Positions 48,672 through 62,587 are shown, counted from the stretch's first letter. The stretch: DNA of 64,000 bases from Amoebidium appalachense (GCA_963693365.1 CAVNZM010000007.1:3333979-3397978); one strand, 5' to 3'. Made by a program: numbers and translations. Notes: generated by a model not told the origin, from the sequence alone.

Positions 48672-48707
<36 letters not shown>

Positions 48708-48911
48708 CGCGCACACACAGGCGCGTACACACACACAGGCGCACACCTACACAACACACACAGCACATGCACACACAAGTGCACGCACGCACACAGTCAC
48801 ACTGTTATCCCTGATCATGATGCCCCCTCCCCCCTCCCCTCTTCCCCCCCCGCGCACCCCCCCCCCCCCCCCATACTCACACTCACACCCACAGCTCATG
48901 CTCACACTCAA

Positions 48912-48983
<72 letters not shown>

Positions 48984-49406
48984 CTCTCTCTCTCTCTCTC
49001 CCTCTCTCTCTTCTCTTTCTCTTTCTCTCTCTCTCTTTCTCTTTCCCTCTTTCTCTGATCTGTCTCTCTCTCTCTCCCTCTTCCTTCTCTCTCTCTCTAG
49101 TAGTGGCAAGTGGAAAGAAAAAATAGGTGATACCCTACTTGGTTTTTTTCTTCTCAATTTTATCTAAATCTCATCATGATAGGGTATTTTTGGTTTACGT
49201 ATACACTTGGCTCAGCTTGCATGTACGGGAAACACAAGTTAAGCATGTTAAATAACGATACATTGACATATTTCAACCTGTTGACTATCAGTATCCATCA
49301 TGGGCTTAGTGATTACGACCCCGTCTCAACATTGACATCGTAAAAACCAATAAACTGTCTGATCCAGATCACAATGGACCCAATATCGTGCCCCCCCCCC
49401 CCCCCC

Positions 49407-49644
49407 CCCTTGACCGTACCTCTCCTATCCATAGATCTCTATCCAGTATAATCTAGAGAGACGGGGCCCTCCCCCCCCCCCCCCCCCCCCCCACCCCAGG
49501 CCTCCACACCACACACACACGCACCGCACACACACACTGCTGCAGCGCTACATGGATGCCATCACCATCACACGTGACGACATTTAATTAGTATTGGTGA
49601 TATTGTACCAATACGTAACGTCTATTGGTAAGGTGGTGGTGGGT

Positions 49645-49678
<34 letters not shown>

Positions 49679-49998
49679 TCAACACAACCGAAACTGTCGG
49701 TGTTACAAGTGGTTCGGTCTTAGGAAGTTAGAACGGTGATTTTTAATTTAATAGCGGGAAACAATATTATCCCCATTGCATATGGAGGGAACGAGGAGGG
49801 GGGAGGGGGGGGGGGGGGGGGGGGGGGGGGGTTTCACAACGAATTCTTAATCGACTGTGCATAATAAATGTATATTGCACATGTAGCCTGAAAGATTAAA
49901 GTGAATGTGTGTATGTATATGTGCGAGTATATTTGTGTATGCAATACATGTACAAGTATTAGGGATTGGTTCTTTGCGAGTTCAAAGAGTATATGAGT

Positions 49999-50035
<37 letters not shown>

Positions 50036-50155
50036 GTTCCGTGTAACACCATGAAAGTTCCATATTTAGGGGGGGGGGGGGGGCCACCCCCAAACCCCCG
50101 TCTCTCTAGATTATACTGGATAGAGATCTATGGATAGGAGAGGTACGGTCAAGGG
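49407..50155. mobile_element. MITE-like element with 60-bp perfect terminal inverted repeats
   Basis: CCCTTGACCGTACCTCTCCTATCCATAGATCTCTATCCAGTATAATCTAGAGAGACGGGG (49407-49466) is the exact reverse complement of 50096-50155; non-coding interior. Confidence 0.75.
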
Positions 50156-51278
50156 AGGGGACAGGGGGGAGGGGGGCGGGGGCGGGGGATAGACAAATAC
50201 CAGACATGCATAATTGCACATTCTTTTGCAGCTACAGTTTGATGATATTTACCCACCGTGTGCACCACTTGTGACCCCAGTCTTCCGAGGTGGTGTCATA
50301 GGTGGGCGTCAACACCAATAAATTGACTGGTGACGGGTGTACATGTTATAATACGTAGTATTTACATATTGTAAGATCTTCTCAGTTCGTGTTATGTTTT
50401 CATTCATTTACTTAATGAAAAAGATGTGCTCCTTGTACGTAAATTATGACATCGATCTCCAGTGTATTTGAGTACTTGTAATCGTGTTGTGTCGGCTATA
50501 TTCGTGTGTTTAGATATCTATTACAGCAACTGATTATAGGTACACGAGTCTACCCAGTGAGGGAGACACGTGTACATGTTATGTGTACATGAATATCTTC
50601 GGTTATAACTGTGTTTTGCTGTTCGTGTTTTCTGTCCTGCTTTCTTTTCTTTTTCCTCTTTCTTCGTCTTTTCTTTTCTCTTTCTTTCTTCTCTTGTTTC
50701 CTTTCATTTAATTATATTTCTCTCTCACTAATATACGTTGAGTAGATTTATATTACTCGTTATGTTTTGATTGGTAGAAAAACACTTAGGTTACACTTTA
50801 GCTTGTCAGGTATGATTCATAGCTTAGTCAACCACTTTTGTTTTGTGTGTTGCCGTACTATATCCAATCAGTGGACTTAGTCAGAAAATGTCTGAGTCTT
50901 TGTAGCCGATGATAGGTTAGAAACACCACCTCTTTCCTCGTTACTCTTCACCTCTTTTCTTTCTTATAGCTGTGACCTATGGTGTGTGTTCCCGCGTCTC
51001 CGGATCTATCCGGGAAATAATCAGTTAATTATGATTGGTTATTTTAGACATAGATCTGATTTCCGACTGGTCGGAAATCATGTATGGATTTAACTTAAGG
51101 GAATTTCAGGTATTTATTAGCGATCAAAATAAATTGAGTTCAGTCGTGTCTAAACATTGATGTCTGTTGTGTACACTGCTCCGATCGTTCCGTGTTTTGT
51201 TGTTGTGTGTGTCTGTGGTGTTTTCACACTGCACCACTGTGTCTCTGCTTACATTCTAAATACTTATAGAATTTAACA

Positions 51279-51291
51279 GGTTATGCAGCCC
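51279..51291 (+). promoter_or_regulatory. Primer-binding site resembling the internal tRNA-iMet-type PBS of copia/Ty5
   Basis: GGTTATGCAGCCC directly abuts the 5' LTR; same sequence at 40928-40940 on the minus copy. Confidence 0.6.
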
Positions 51292-51340
51292 TTTTGCACG
51301 CTCCCTACACACATCTAGAACTCGCGCTCGTTTTTCAATC

Positions 51341-54300
51341 ATGGATCCAAACAAAACTGGCGTAAACAAAATCACCATGTGGAAAGGTGAAGGGAAGACT
51401 GGTCCCGATAGCAAAACTACCTATTTTCAATGGGAAATCATTTTTCTCGGCATGATGACCGGCACTAAAGGTGTCCGACTCGTGGATGTTGTCCTTGCTG
51501 ACAACTACGTCCCCCCTACCACCGTCGCGGTTGACGGTGAACCCCCCTTCTATGGCTACGGCACTACCGCGGAACTCAAAGAGGCCCGCAATTGCCTCCT
51601 GCTCCATATGATACAGAACATCGACCCTTCCGTCCTCACCACCGTTGCCCAGTACCGTATTGGCATGGACCCTGAACGGGCCATGTGGAAATTCCGTCAA
51701 CACTATCTCCAAGGCAAACCCGATCAGATCCGCATCCTTCACCGTCAGTGGGATGCCTGTGCCCTTCAGCCCGGTGAATCATTCACCACCTACCTGAGCC
51801 GTCTGCAGACCATCGTGAACCAGCTCCAGTCTCTCCAAGATGAGTCCATTCACTTCACTCGTCTAGCTGAGAAGTTCTTCAATGAACTCACCACCAGAGA
51901 CGACCTCACCCCTGAGTTCAATCGTCTTATCGAAGACTATCACTTCGGTGATAAGCTATTCCCCGACTTCGAGTCCCTCCATAACCACGTCAAGGGCATC
52001 GAGTTACGTCAAGACCTCAAGATGCAACTCCGGAACAACCGTGCCCACCGTGCCTCCAAGTCCAGCATGGCATTAAATGCCAGTGCTCCCCCCCCGTGAT
52101 CTTCCTCGCCGTGACTTACGCACCCGACTTGACCGTACCTCTGGCACGGACCTCCGAACTCGTCTCTCCCGTCAGCACACCCGATCCCGTTCCCCCCACC
52201 GGCCTGTCTTCCGGTCCACGTCTCGTTCCCCCAGTCGTTCCCGTTTCTCGGGTTCCCGTCGTTCTGATTCCCCGGCTCGTTCTAACACCCCGTCCGTGAA
52301 AGAATGCTCCTACTGCCACGAGCCTGATCACACGATCATCGATTGCCCTGAGCCGAAATGCCGTATGTCCAGACACAACCGTTCCCGTCAAGGCAGTGAG
52401 AAATCTGTCTCCTTTGCTTTCTCGGCATACAATGCTAGCTCCGTCCCCGTGTCCTCCGACCCTGCCTGGGATTCCGGGTGCAACATGACTGTTTGCCCCA
52501 CCCGTGAGTTCTTCCATGACCTCACTCCCCTTCCGACACCGACTCCCGTTGCTGCCTTCAATGGCACCCCCGTCTTGGCCACTCACACCGGCCATATCGT
52601 CATCAACACCACCACTGACAATGGCACTACCACCCTAACCATTGAAGCCTACTACACCCCGTCTGGCCAAGCCTTCCTCATTTCAACATCCCAAGCTGCT
52701 GCCGAATACATCAAGGGTGATTTGAACGATGCCTCCACTCCGTCATTCCTCTTCGACCGACTCACCGGCCGTCATCTCGTCAACCTCCGTCTACACAACG
52801 GTCTGTATTACTTCAAGGACTACACCATTCAACCACCCACTCGTCCTGTGGCTCTGGCTGCCACTACCAGTGTTAACCCATCCATCTGGCACCATCGTCT
52901 GGGGCACCGAGCTATGACCAGCATCAAGGACATGGTGAAACACGACCTTGTTATTGGTCTCCCCTCCTCTGTCCTCGACTGTGATGTTCCTGATTGTCAT
53001 GGCTGCATTATGGGTAAGACCACCAAGGCTCCGTTCAGGGGTGACCGTCCTCACTCCAACATCCCCGGTCATGAATGGCATTGGGATTTTTTTGAGCCTA
53101 CCACAACATCGTACGGAGGTTCCAAGGTTGCTCTCGTCACTGTCTGCCGTGCCTCTGGCCTCGTCAAGATCTACCCGATGGCCGACCGTACCACCACCCT
53201 GGATATTCTCACAGCTCACACCAACCTCGTTGCCACCCATGCCCCCTCCAAAGTTGGTGTTTACCACTTCGACTCCGGCTCTGAGTTCACCTCCAAGGAT
53301 ACCCGTGCTTTTTGCCTCTCCCAGGGCATCAAGGCCAGCTATGCTCCGGTGGACTGCCCTCAACTGAACGGCTATGTTGAACGACGTATGCGGTTCCTCC
53401 AAGAGATTGTCCGTTGCCTCCTCCATCAAGTCCAAGATCAGTCTCTGTCTCCCAAACTGTGGGCTGAGGCCCTCCAACATGCCGCCTACATCATCAACGT
53501 CACCCCGTCCACGACTGCCAATGGTCGTACACCATTCGAGGTTTTCTACGGTGTCAAGCCCGACATCTCCGAGCTCAAAGTGTTCGGTTGCCCTGCCTAC
53601 ACTCACGTGCCAGCCTCTAAACGGAACAAGCTGGCCCCCACCGTCAAACTCGGCATGTATATCGGCTATGATCTTCAATCACACTGCCACCGGATCTTCA
53701 ATGCCACCACCCATCGTGTCGGCCTCTTCCGTGATGTGATTTTCGACGAATCAGCTTATCTCCCGTCCGACATTCCATCAACCCTTCCGACCCCCGACAC
53801 CACTGCTACCTCGACCACCCCACCCCCCACAGTTGACACTGAAGATGATGTTTGTCTGGTGTACTCTGGCCCCCCTCCTGCCATCGTCGTTCCCCCGACA
53901 CCCCCCCCCCACCGGCCCCCCTGCCCCCGTGCCCGTCCAGCCTGCCGACCCTCATCCTGCCCCTGGCAACGTCACACCCATCCGACCCGGCTCCCCCGAC
54001 AACTTCCACTCGGCCCCGTCCAGCCCGGAGGTTGCCCCCCCCTGCACTTCCGAACTTCCAAGTTCCCCCCCCACCGTCTCCACCTACCCCGGTTCCTGCA
54101 CCCCGTCGTTCTGCCCGTCTCCAGGGCAAGGTTGGACTTCAAGCCACCACCACCCTGCCAGTCCCCCCCGGTCCCCCCATCAACATCGACCAACTACCCA
54201 AACTTGTCCGTCAACTCTGTTCCGGACCCAATGGTGATCAGGTCAAGTCAGCCCTGACTGCTGAGTATCAAGCCTTCGTCGACAAAGACATCTTTGAACT

Positions 54301-55750
54301 TGTTGACCCTCCCCCTGGTGCTAACATCGTCGGCTTCAAGTGGATTGTCTCCGAGAAAACTCTCAACTCGGCTGGTGACACCAAGATCAAGGCACGTGGT
54401 GTTGCTCAAGGCTTCAGTCAGCAATACGGTGTTGACTATGAGTTGATTGAGAGCCCTGTCATCCGTCCGGCTGCTCTCCGTGCCATCCTAGCTCTGGCCG
54501 TTGTTGAAGGTCATGACATACATCAACTCGACGTGTCTACGGCCTTTCTCAACAGCCCACTCACCGAGACCATCTACATGAAACAACCCCCGGGATTCAT
54601 CACCATGGCCACACTTGGCAAGGTCTGGAGACTCAAGAAAGCCCTGTACGGCCTCAAGCAAGCCTCCAAGGCTTGGTACGACTTCCTCGACGGCATTCTT
54701 CTTGCCCATGGCCTGACCCGTACTAAGACCGACCCGTGCATCTACCTCCGGTTCTTCCCCAACAACGATGTGGTACGGGCTGGTAACTACGTCGATGACT
54801 CCACCATCACCAACACCCGGGGTTCTACTGCTGCCAGTGACCTGGCTGCCCACATCAGCAAGATGGCCAGCTGTCGTATGAGTCCATTTGACCGTATGCT
54901 CGGTGTTGATTTTAATCACTCTGATCCCCATCACCTCCACATGCACCAGAGGTCTTACATCATGGATATCATCCACGACTTCAACCTCACCGATGCCAAG
55001 TCCAAGTCTACCCCCATCCCTGCAGGCACCACCGTCTCCCTGGCTGATTGCCCCCCCCAACCGTTCACCGTGCCCTACCGTGAGTTACTCGGCCGTCTCC
55101 TCTGGGTGGCACGGTGCACACGTCCAGACATTGCCTATGCCATCGGCTTCCTTGGTCGGTTCAGCACCAACCCCGGCAAGACTCACTGGGACCTTCTCCG
55201 TCGTGTGGCCCGGTACCTGCTCGGCACCATTGACCTTGGCATTGACTACAAGTACTTGGCCACCCAGTCCCCCATACTCGAATGCTACACGGATGCTGAC
55301 TTTGCTGGTTGTGCCGACAGCAAGAAGTCTACCACCGGCTACATTATCGTGTTTGCTGGTATGCCCGTCATCTGGTACTCCAAGCTCCAGCCCATCACGG
55401 CCACCAGCACCACTGAAGCTGAGCTGATTGCTCTCAATGCTGGCACCCAAGAAGTTGCTTGGGTCCGTGACCTCTTCAAGGAACTCGGCTGTCCCATGCT
55501 TGCTCCGACTCCGGTGTACTGTGACAACCAGTCGACCATCGCCATCGTCAACTCCACCGGCATCAAGCACCGTACCAAACACATTGCCGTCCGGTATCAC
55601 AACACCAAGGACTACATTGCCAGTGGGGACGTGGTTGTCCACTACGTTGAGTCAGCCCACAACTTAGCTGACATACTCACCAAACCCCTCCCCGGCCCGA
55701 GTCATGTCCACCATCGTGCTCGACTTTGTTTACCGGATATTGTGGATTGA
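51341..55750 (+). CDS. Copia gag-pol polyprotein (gag, PR, IN, RT, RNase H) with two apparent frameshifts in C homopolymers
   Basis: ORFs 51341-52099, 52077-54257 and 53852-55750 join at C-runs (~52088-52095, ~53900); the minus copy has 7 rather than 8 C at the first run and is in frame there. Confidence 0.9.
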
Positions 55751-57289
55751 CCCGACCTACTTCAAGAGTGATTTTCTCATGTGTACTACTTACTTTATCA
55801 ACATCATTATATCATATGTATTGCCTTTGTGGGTATGCCCACTTAGGGTTTATATATAAGGTTTGACCTGTACCATCACTCTACTCTATCTTTCACTGGT
55901 TTAAAACCCAGTTAATCAAACACCGCCTATACACGTTATATATATTCGTTGTTTTTGCCCCGGTTCCTTCCCCCCCCTCCCCCCCCCCCCCCCTTCCCCC
56001 CCCCCCTTCCCCCCCCCTTCCCCCCCCCTCCCCCCCCCCCTTCTCCCCCCCCCCCCCCCCCCGGGAAAAGTACACACTTTAATTTTTTTTTTTTCCGTTT
56101 CTGTTCTCAAGTGGGGAGATTTCACTAGTTCAGTGGGGATATGATAACACGAACTTCAAAGTCTTAAGTGGGGATGTTATAATACGTAGTATTTACATAT
56201 TGTAAGATCTTCTCAGTTCGTGTTATGTTTTCATTCATTTACTTAATGAAAAAGATGTGCTCCTTGTACGTAAATTATGACATCGATCTCCAGTGTATTT
56301 GAGTACTTGTAATCGTGTTGTGTCGGCTATATTCGTGTGTTTAGATATCGATTACAGCAACTGATTATAGGTACACGAGTCTACCCAGTGAGGGAGACAC
56401 GTGTACATGTTATGTGTACATGAATATCTTCGGTTATAACTGTGTTTTGCTGTTCGTGTTTTCTGTCCTGCTTTCTTTTCTTTTTCCTCTTTCTTCGTCT
56501 TTTCTTTTCTCTTTCTTTCTTCTCTTGTTTCCTTTCATTTAATTATATTTCTCTCAAACTAATATACGTTGAGTAGATTTATATTACTCGTTATGTTTTG
56601 ATTGGTAGAAAAACACTTAGGTTACACTTTAGCTTGTCAGGTATGATTCATAGCTTAGTCAACCACTTTTGTTTTGTGTGTTGCCGTACTATATCCAATC
56701 AGTGGACTTAGTCAGAAAATGTCTGAGTCTTTGTAGCCGATGATAGGTTAGAAACACCACCTCTTTCCTCGTTACTCTTCACCTCTTTTCTTTCTTATAG
56801 CTGTGACCTATGGTGTGTGTTCCCGCGTCTCCGGATCTATCCGGGAAATAATCAGTTAATTATGATTGGTTATTTTAGACATAGATCTGATTTCCGACTG
56901 GTCGGAAATCATGTATGGATTTAACTTAAGGGAATTTCAGGTATTTATTAGCGATCAAAATAAATTGAGTTCAGTCGTGTCTAAACATTGATGTCTGTTG
57001 TGTACACTGCTCCGATCGTTCCGTGTTTTGTTGTTGTGTGTGTCTGTGGTGTTTTCACACTGCACCACTGTGTCTCTGCTTACATTCTAAATACTTATAG
57101 AATTTAACAGTACAACCAAAGAAACTCAGCAGCACATATAATAACGTTGATGCTATACCCTGCCTAGTTGACGTAATAATTAGTGCACCATCGCACGCGT
57201 GACCCCCCCCCCCCCCCCGGGGGGGGGTGTTTTTGCCGCGCCGTACCCCTGATATTGTAAGTGTACACTGCCCCCACAACCCCAACTGT

Positions 57290-58810
57290 GTGCTGAATAT
57301 CTCGTGCTAGGAAACCAATAACGCGAAAGTAACACATGCTGCATGATATATGATGTATATGGTACAAGGGGGGTTTCAATCCGGGCTACAATGTTGTGTT
57401 TTTTTCGGGTGACCCTCGTACTCCAGAGGCACACTCACCATCCCCCCCATAAACTTTGTGGTAAATTTCTCGTGCCAGAAGCTGTTCTGTGGGTAGTTAT
57501 TGAAAAACCAATAATGTCTAGGTAACATATGTACATATACTATGCTACAAGGGGGGTTCTATACGAGCTACAACGTTGTGTTTTTTTTGTGTGACCCTCG
57601 TACTCCAGGGGCACATGCCCCATCCCCCCCATAAACTGTGTGGTAAATTTCTCGTGCTAGAAGCTGTTCTGTGGGTAGTTATTGAAAAAACCAATAATGT
57701 GTAAGCAACACATGTACATATACTATGCTACAAGGGGCGTTCTATTCGAGCTACAACGTTGTGTTTTTTTCGTGTGACCCTCGTACTCCAGGGGCACATT
57801 CACCATCCCCCCCATAAACTGTGTGGAACATTTCTCGTGCTAGAGGCTGTTCTGTTGGTAGTTATTGAAAAAACCAAAAATGTCTAGGTAACACATGGAC
57901 ATATACTATGCTACATGGGGGGTTCTATACGAGCTACAACGTTGTGTTTTTTTCGTGTGACCCTCGTACTCCAGGGGCACATGCACCATCCCCCCCATAA
58001 ACTTTGTGTTAAATATCTCGTGCTAGAGGCTGTTCTGTTGGTAGTTATTGAAAAAACCCAAAAATGTCTAGGTAACACATGGACATATACTATGCTACAA
58101 GGGGGGTTCTATACTAGCTACAACGTTGTGTTTTTTTCGTGTGACCCTCGTACTCCAGGGGCACATTCACCATCCCCCCCATAAACTGTGTGGTAAATGT
58201 CTCGTGCTAGAAGCTGTTCTACTGGGTAGTTATTGAAAAGACCAACTTGATGTGTAAGCAACACATGTACATATACTATGCTACAAGTGGGGTTCTATTC
58301 GAGCTACAACGTTGTGTTTTTTTCGTGTGACCCTCGTACTCCAGGGGCACATTTACCATCCCCCCCATAAACTTTGTGGTAAATTTCTCGTGCTAGAGGC
58401 TGTTCTGTTGGTAGTTATTGAAACTTTAAATAATGCCTAGGTAACATATGTACATATACTATGCTACAAGGGGGGTTCTATACGAGCTACAACGTTGTGT
58501 TTTTTTCGTGTGACCCTCGTAATGCAGGGGCACATTCACCATCCCCCCCATAAACGTTTTGGTAAATTTCCCATGCTAGAGGCTGTTCTGTGGGTAGTTA
58601 TTGAAAAAATCAATAATGTCTAGGTAACACATGGACATATACTATGCTACAAGGGGGGTTCTATACGAGCTACAACGTTGTGTTTTTTTCGTGTGACCCT
58701 CGTACTCCAGGGGCACATTCACCATCCCCCCTTATAATTTGTGGTGAATTTCTCATGGTAGAAGCTACTCTGTGGGTAGTTATTGAAAAAACTCGATGCT
58801 TATAAGTAAC
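57290..58810. repeat. Satellite array, ~183-bp unit x8
   Basis: GACCCTCGTA anchor at 57411, 57593, 57776, 57959, 58143, 58329, 58512 and 58695. Confidence 0.92.
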
Positions 58811-59048
58811 GCATCATGCGGCACAAATTGTCATCATAGCATTATACTACCATCATAGTTGGTCGACAATAACGATATATTGGGAACGTGGACACCATAT
58901 TGTAAACCAAAAAATAATACCACCATAATATACTACACATACCTAACAATGTATTGTGAATGAATAAAATAAGTCTTGCTTACGTGCTGGTAAAATACGA
59001 GAAACAAGGATTCTCTCGCTCCTTTTTTTCTTCTTTTTTGTTTGTTTT

Positions 59049-59093
<45 letters not shown>

Positions 59094-59275
59094 ATGTATG
59101 TGTGTGTGTATGTGCTCGGTTGAGAGGGAAAGGGGGGGCGGATGCACCGTGTGTGTGCATGTGTGCACGTGTGTGTGTGTGTGTGCTCTGTGGAGAGGGA
59201 ATGGGAGGGGAGGAAATGCACCGTGTGTGTGCATATGTGTGTGTGTCTCTCTGTATGTGTGTGTGTGTGTGTGTT

Positions 59276-59352
<77 letters not shown>

Positions 59353-59729
59353 ATCAATGATAAGCCGGCCATGTGTTTATCATGGCGCACCGGTAAATGA
59401 ATGTGGCGATTATGTGTAAATATATAAACGGAAATACATTATAAAAAAGGACTCACTCAACGACTCGGAGATGAACGAGCGTTACAAAACGTACGTGTCT
59501 GCCCCCCCCCCCCCCCCCCCCCCCCCCGCCGCCCCCCACCCAACCCCCCCTGTCTTCCCTCCTTCCCCACTACGACCCCCCCCCCCCCCTGCACGTGTCT
59601 AGTAGGTGTATAGATCCTACAGGTAACGATGGCAGGGTTAGGGTTATTCAGTGAAAGAGTGACAATACATAACCAACTGCAGTGTACATATGCGTGGATG
59701 CCCCAGTGATCGTGTTAATGGCCTCTATA

Positions 59730-59885
59730 ATCATCATAGTGGTCATCATTAAAGCCCCATACGACCACCACAAGGATCGCTAGTTATACCCCCATACGAT
59801 CATCATAGTGATATCATTCTATGCCTCATACGATCATCATAATGATCACATACCAATATCCATACGGTCATCATAATGATCACAA
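59730..59885. repeat. Degenerate ~34-bp tandem repeat
   Basis: CATACG(A/G) anchors at ~59758, 59793, 59827 and 59861, mostly followed by TCATCATA.TGAT. Confidence 0.6.
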
Positions 59886-60679
59886 GAAGATGATCTAACG
59901 GGCGCAACTGACATGTGAATTTGTTTTTGCACGCCTCATGGAACTTCGAAGCGGATGAGGCTCATCAGGTGGCCGCGTCTTAGGTATGTACAAATTCAAG
60001 TCTACTTTCCCTATGCACATTAACAATATATGAAAATAAAAATTTTAACACTAATTACCGTGACCTAGGCGAGGGTTGTCAATTAAGAATAGCACAGTGA
60101 CCAAGCAAAGCAAACTACATGCAAAAACCATATTTGCAACGCCTCCGTGTGGTGATACCAAATATGGAACAAAAACTCTATAAGTAACCAATCCGATGCG
60201 CCTGCTCATATTCCATGCTGCTGTGATTGGCTTAATCATGAGCCGGGATGACGGAACGGTGGTGGAAGTAGGGTTTGAGGAGGTGAAACAATGGCAATTG
60301 TTGGGGACTAAAAATCAGTGGTTTTATGTGCAAGCCAAATGGGAAACCGTGCTGCCCCCCACGCGAATTTTGAAGCCGTATATAATCAGATCGTGCATGG
60401 CCACCTGTATAGGCATTTGGTATCCGTTTAAGGAATCGTTCGAGTGTGCGCCCATGGGCCGATCCGGAGTCCCGGGCCATGACACACACTAATACGATTG
60501 CTTAGCTGGCTTCTCCTCAAATTTTTTTATGTGGGTAGCCTATTAGGTATGCATGTAAAGTAATTAATTTTCTCTCCCTTTATTCACTTTTTACAAAATG
60601 ATATTGGAGCGGTATCTTATTTTGAGCCAAAAGATCTCATATTACTATCTGCGTGGATCGCGAACAAGTATCCCGATAG

Positions 60680-61189
60680 GTATCAGAATGATATTGGGAT
60701 GATATAGTATGGGAAACATCTGGTGTTGCTGAAGAGGATATTGGAATGATATCGTACAATTATGTCACAACATCTCATAATGATATATTCATGGGACTAA
60801 ACAAATATCTGAGAAGTAAAACATAGGTATCGGAATGATATTGTTATGATATAGTATTGGATACATCTGGTTTTGCAGAAAAGGATACTGGAATGATATC
60901 GTACAATTATGTCACAACATCTCATAATGATATAGTCGTGGGACTAAACTAATATCTGAAAAGTAAAAAATACATATCGGAATGATATTGTTATGGGGTT
61001 TACGCTGTTTACTCGAGGCAAAGAGAACCAGTCTCAGGTATGGGGGGGGGGGGTTTGCTCGGAATATCCCCTCAGCGGTATATCATGATCACGTACATAG
61101 ATGTTGGGTGGTGACTATATATCAGGGTTTACTTTCTCTACGAGACACCATAAAGACTACAAGGAGAAATCAATTAGTTGGGGTTCCCC

Positions 61190-61234
<45 letters not shown>

Positions 61235-61266
61235 GAGCTCCCCTCGGGACACTCGGTATCAGCTGG

Positions 61267-61320
<54 letters not shown>

Positions 61321-62587
61321 TTTGTGTGTGTGTGTGCGCGTGCGCTATAATTTTGTAGTGATGTGTTTCTCAAGCCAATCAATACATCTAATAAACAGGT
61401 CGTAGTTACGCGTGTTTAGTATAAAATCAAGGATGTTGTAATTTACAGGTAGGCTATCTTTCTGGGTGTCTGTTGTGAATGTGACGTGTGTGTGTTGCGT
61501 TATGTGGTCTATCAAACTACATTTGGCGATACATGACCGGTTAAACTGGTGTGTGTGTGTGTTGTTTGGGCATGCAAATGATGCCACCTTATACTTATTA
61601 GATCTCCACTGTATAGCACGTGTACAGTAAAAGCGTGGTAATTGATCAATAATACCATCAGCTAGAGAAAGACCAGTTCTACAGGAAGGTAATATGTATT
61701 TAGGTGTTATACACTTGCGAGTGCCATATTTGGCAATATGGTTGAGGCGGTCAGTATATATAAAACGAGACATAAGGCTTAGTTTTTCAAGGTGTATGCT
61801 TTCATCGGGTCTAGTGTCGTGTGGTATCTTTTTCCATTTGTTATATTGCGTGATTATCTTGTGATTGTGTACATGTTTAATAAGTAAGTGGCAGTCCAAA
61901 GTCACACACACACTATTGCGGGGTTTATTTGTATTTGTGCCCAGGGGAGAAGGGGAGAGAGAGGGGAGGAAAGAGGGGAGAGGTGAGGAGGGGACAGGTC
62001 GGATAGAGAAGAGAGGGTGGGAGGGCAAATACTTCTTTAAGCGGCTTATGTGCTTATTGAATTTCAGCGCGAGATAGGATACTCTAGCAGCTATTGGGAC
62101 CAGACCATATATCGAGAGCGTTACAGGCCCAGGTTTACAACAGTTGTTAGATAGAAAGGAGGCAACTTCTGCTTCAAGGAAATTTGCCAAGGGTTTAAGC
62201 GCTCTAGTTCTCTCTTTCTTGATCCAAGCGGCGAGAAGGGGTAAACCATATTCACATGCCGGGAAGACAAAAGTGCGAATAAATGTAAGTCTAATAGAAG
62301 GATGGAGGGGTGTGTCTTTAAAAATATATTGTTATGCTATAGTATTGGATACATCTGGTTTTGCAGAAAAGGATACTCGAATGATATCGTACAATTATGT
62401 CACAACATCTCATAATGATATATTCGAGGGACTAAACAAATATCTGAAAAGCAAACAATACATATCGGAATGATATTGTTATGATATAGTATTGGATACA
62501 TCTGGTTTTGCAGAAAAGGATACTGGAATGATATCGTACAATTATGTCACAACATCTCATAATGATATAGTCGTGGGACTTAACTAA
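60680..62587. repeat. ~147-bp tandem repeat x4, split by a LINE insertion
   Basis: GAATGATATCGTACAATTATGTCACAACATCTCATAATGATAT at ~60744, 60891, 62379 and 62526. Confidence 0.85.
60996..62327 (-). mobile_element. 5'-truncated copy of the APE-RT LINE
   Basis: Near-identical to ~43905-45244; flanked by TSD (AT)ATTGTTATG at 60985-60995 and 62326-62336. Confidence 0.93.

Larger units (their letters stand above)
50344..57109 (+). mobile_element. Full-length Ty1/Copia LTR retrotransposon (family A), recent insertion
   Basis: 935-bp LTRs 50344-51278 and 56175-57109 (TG..CA; I saw only about 3 differences); TSD GTACA (50339-50343, 57110-57114); PBS GGTTATGCAGCCC; PPT AAGTGGGGA. Confidence 0.97.

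Noticed and set aside
52077-53915. Possible programmed frameshifts in the Copia polyprotein
   Set aside because: Both fall in C homopolymers, and the second copy is in frame at the first site with one fewer C; slippage or sequencing error is more likely
60196-60492. 98-aa ORF, with imperfect inverted repeats at ~60237-60259 and 60459-60481
   Set aside because: No protein motif or splice support; the inverted repeats are too degenerate to call a MITE
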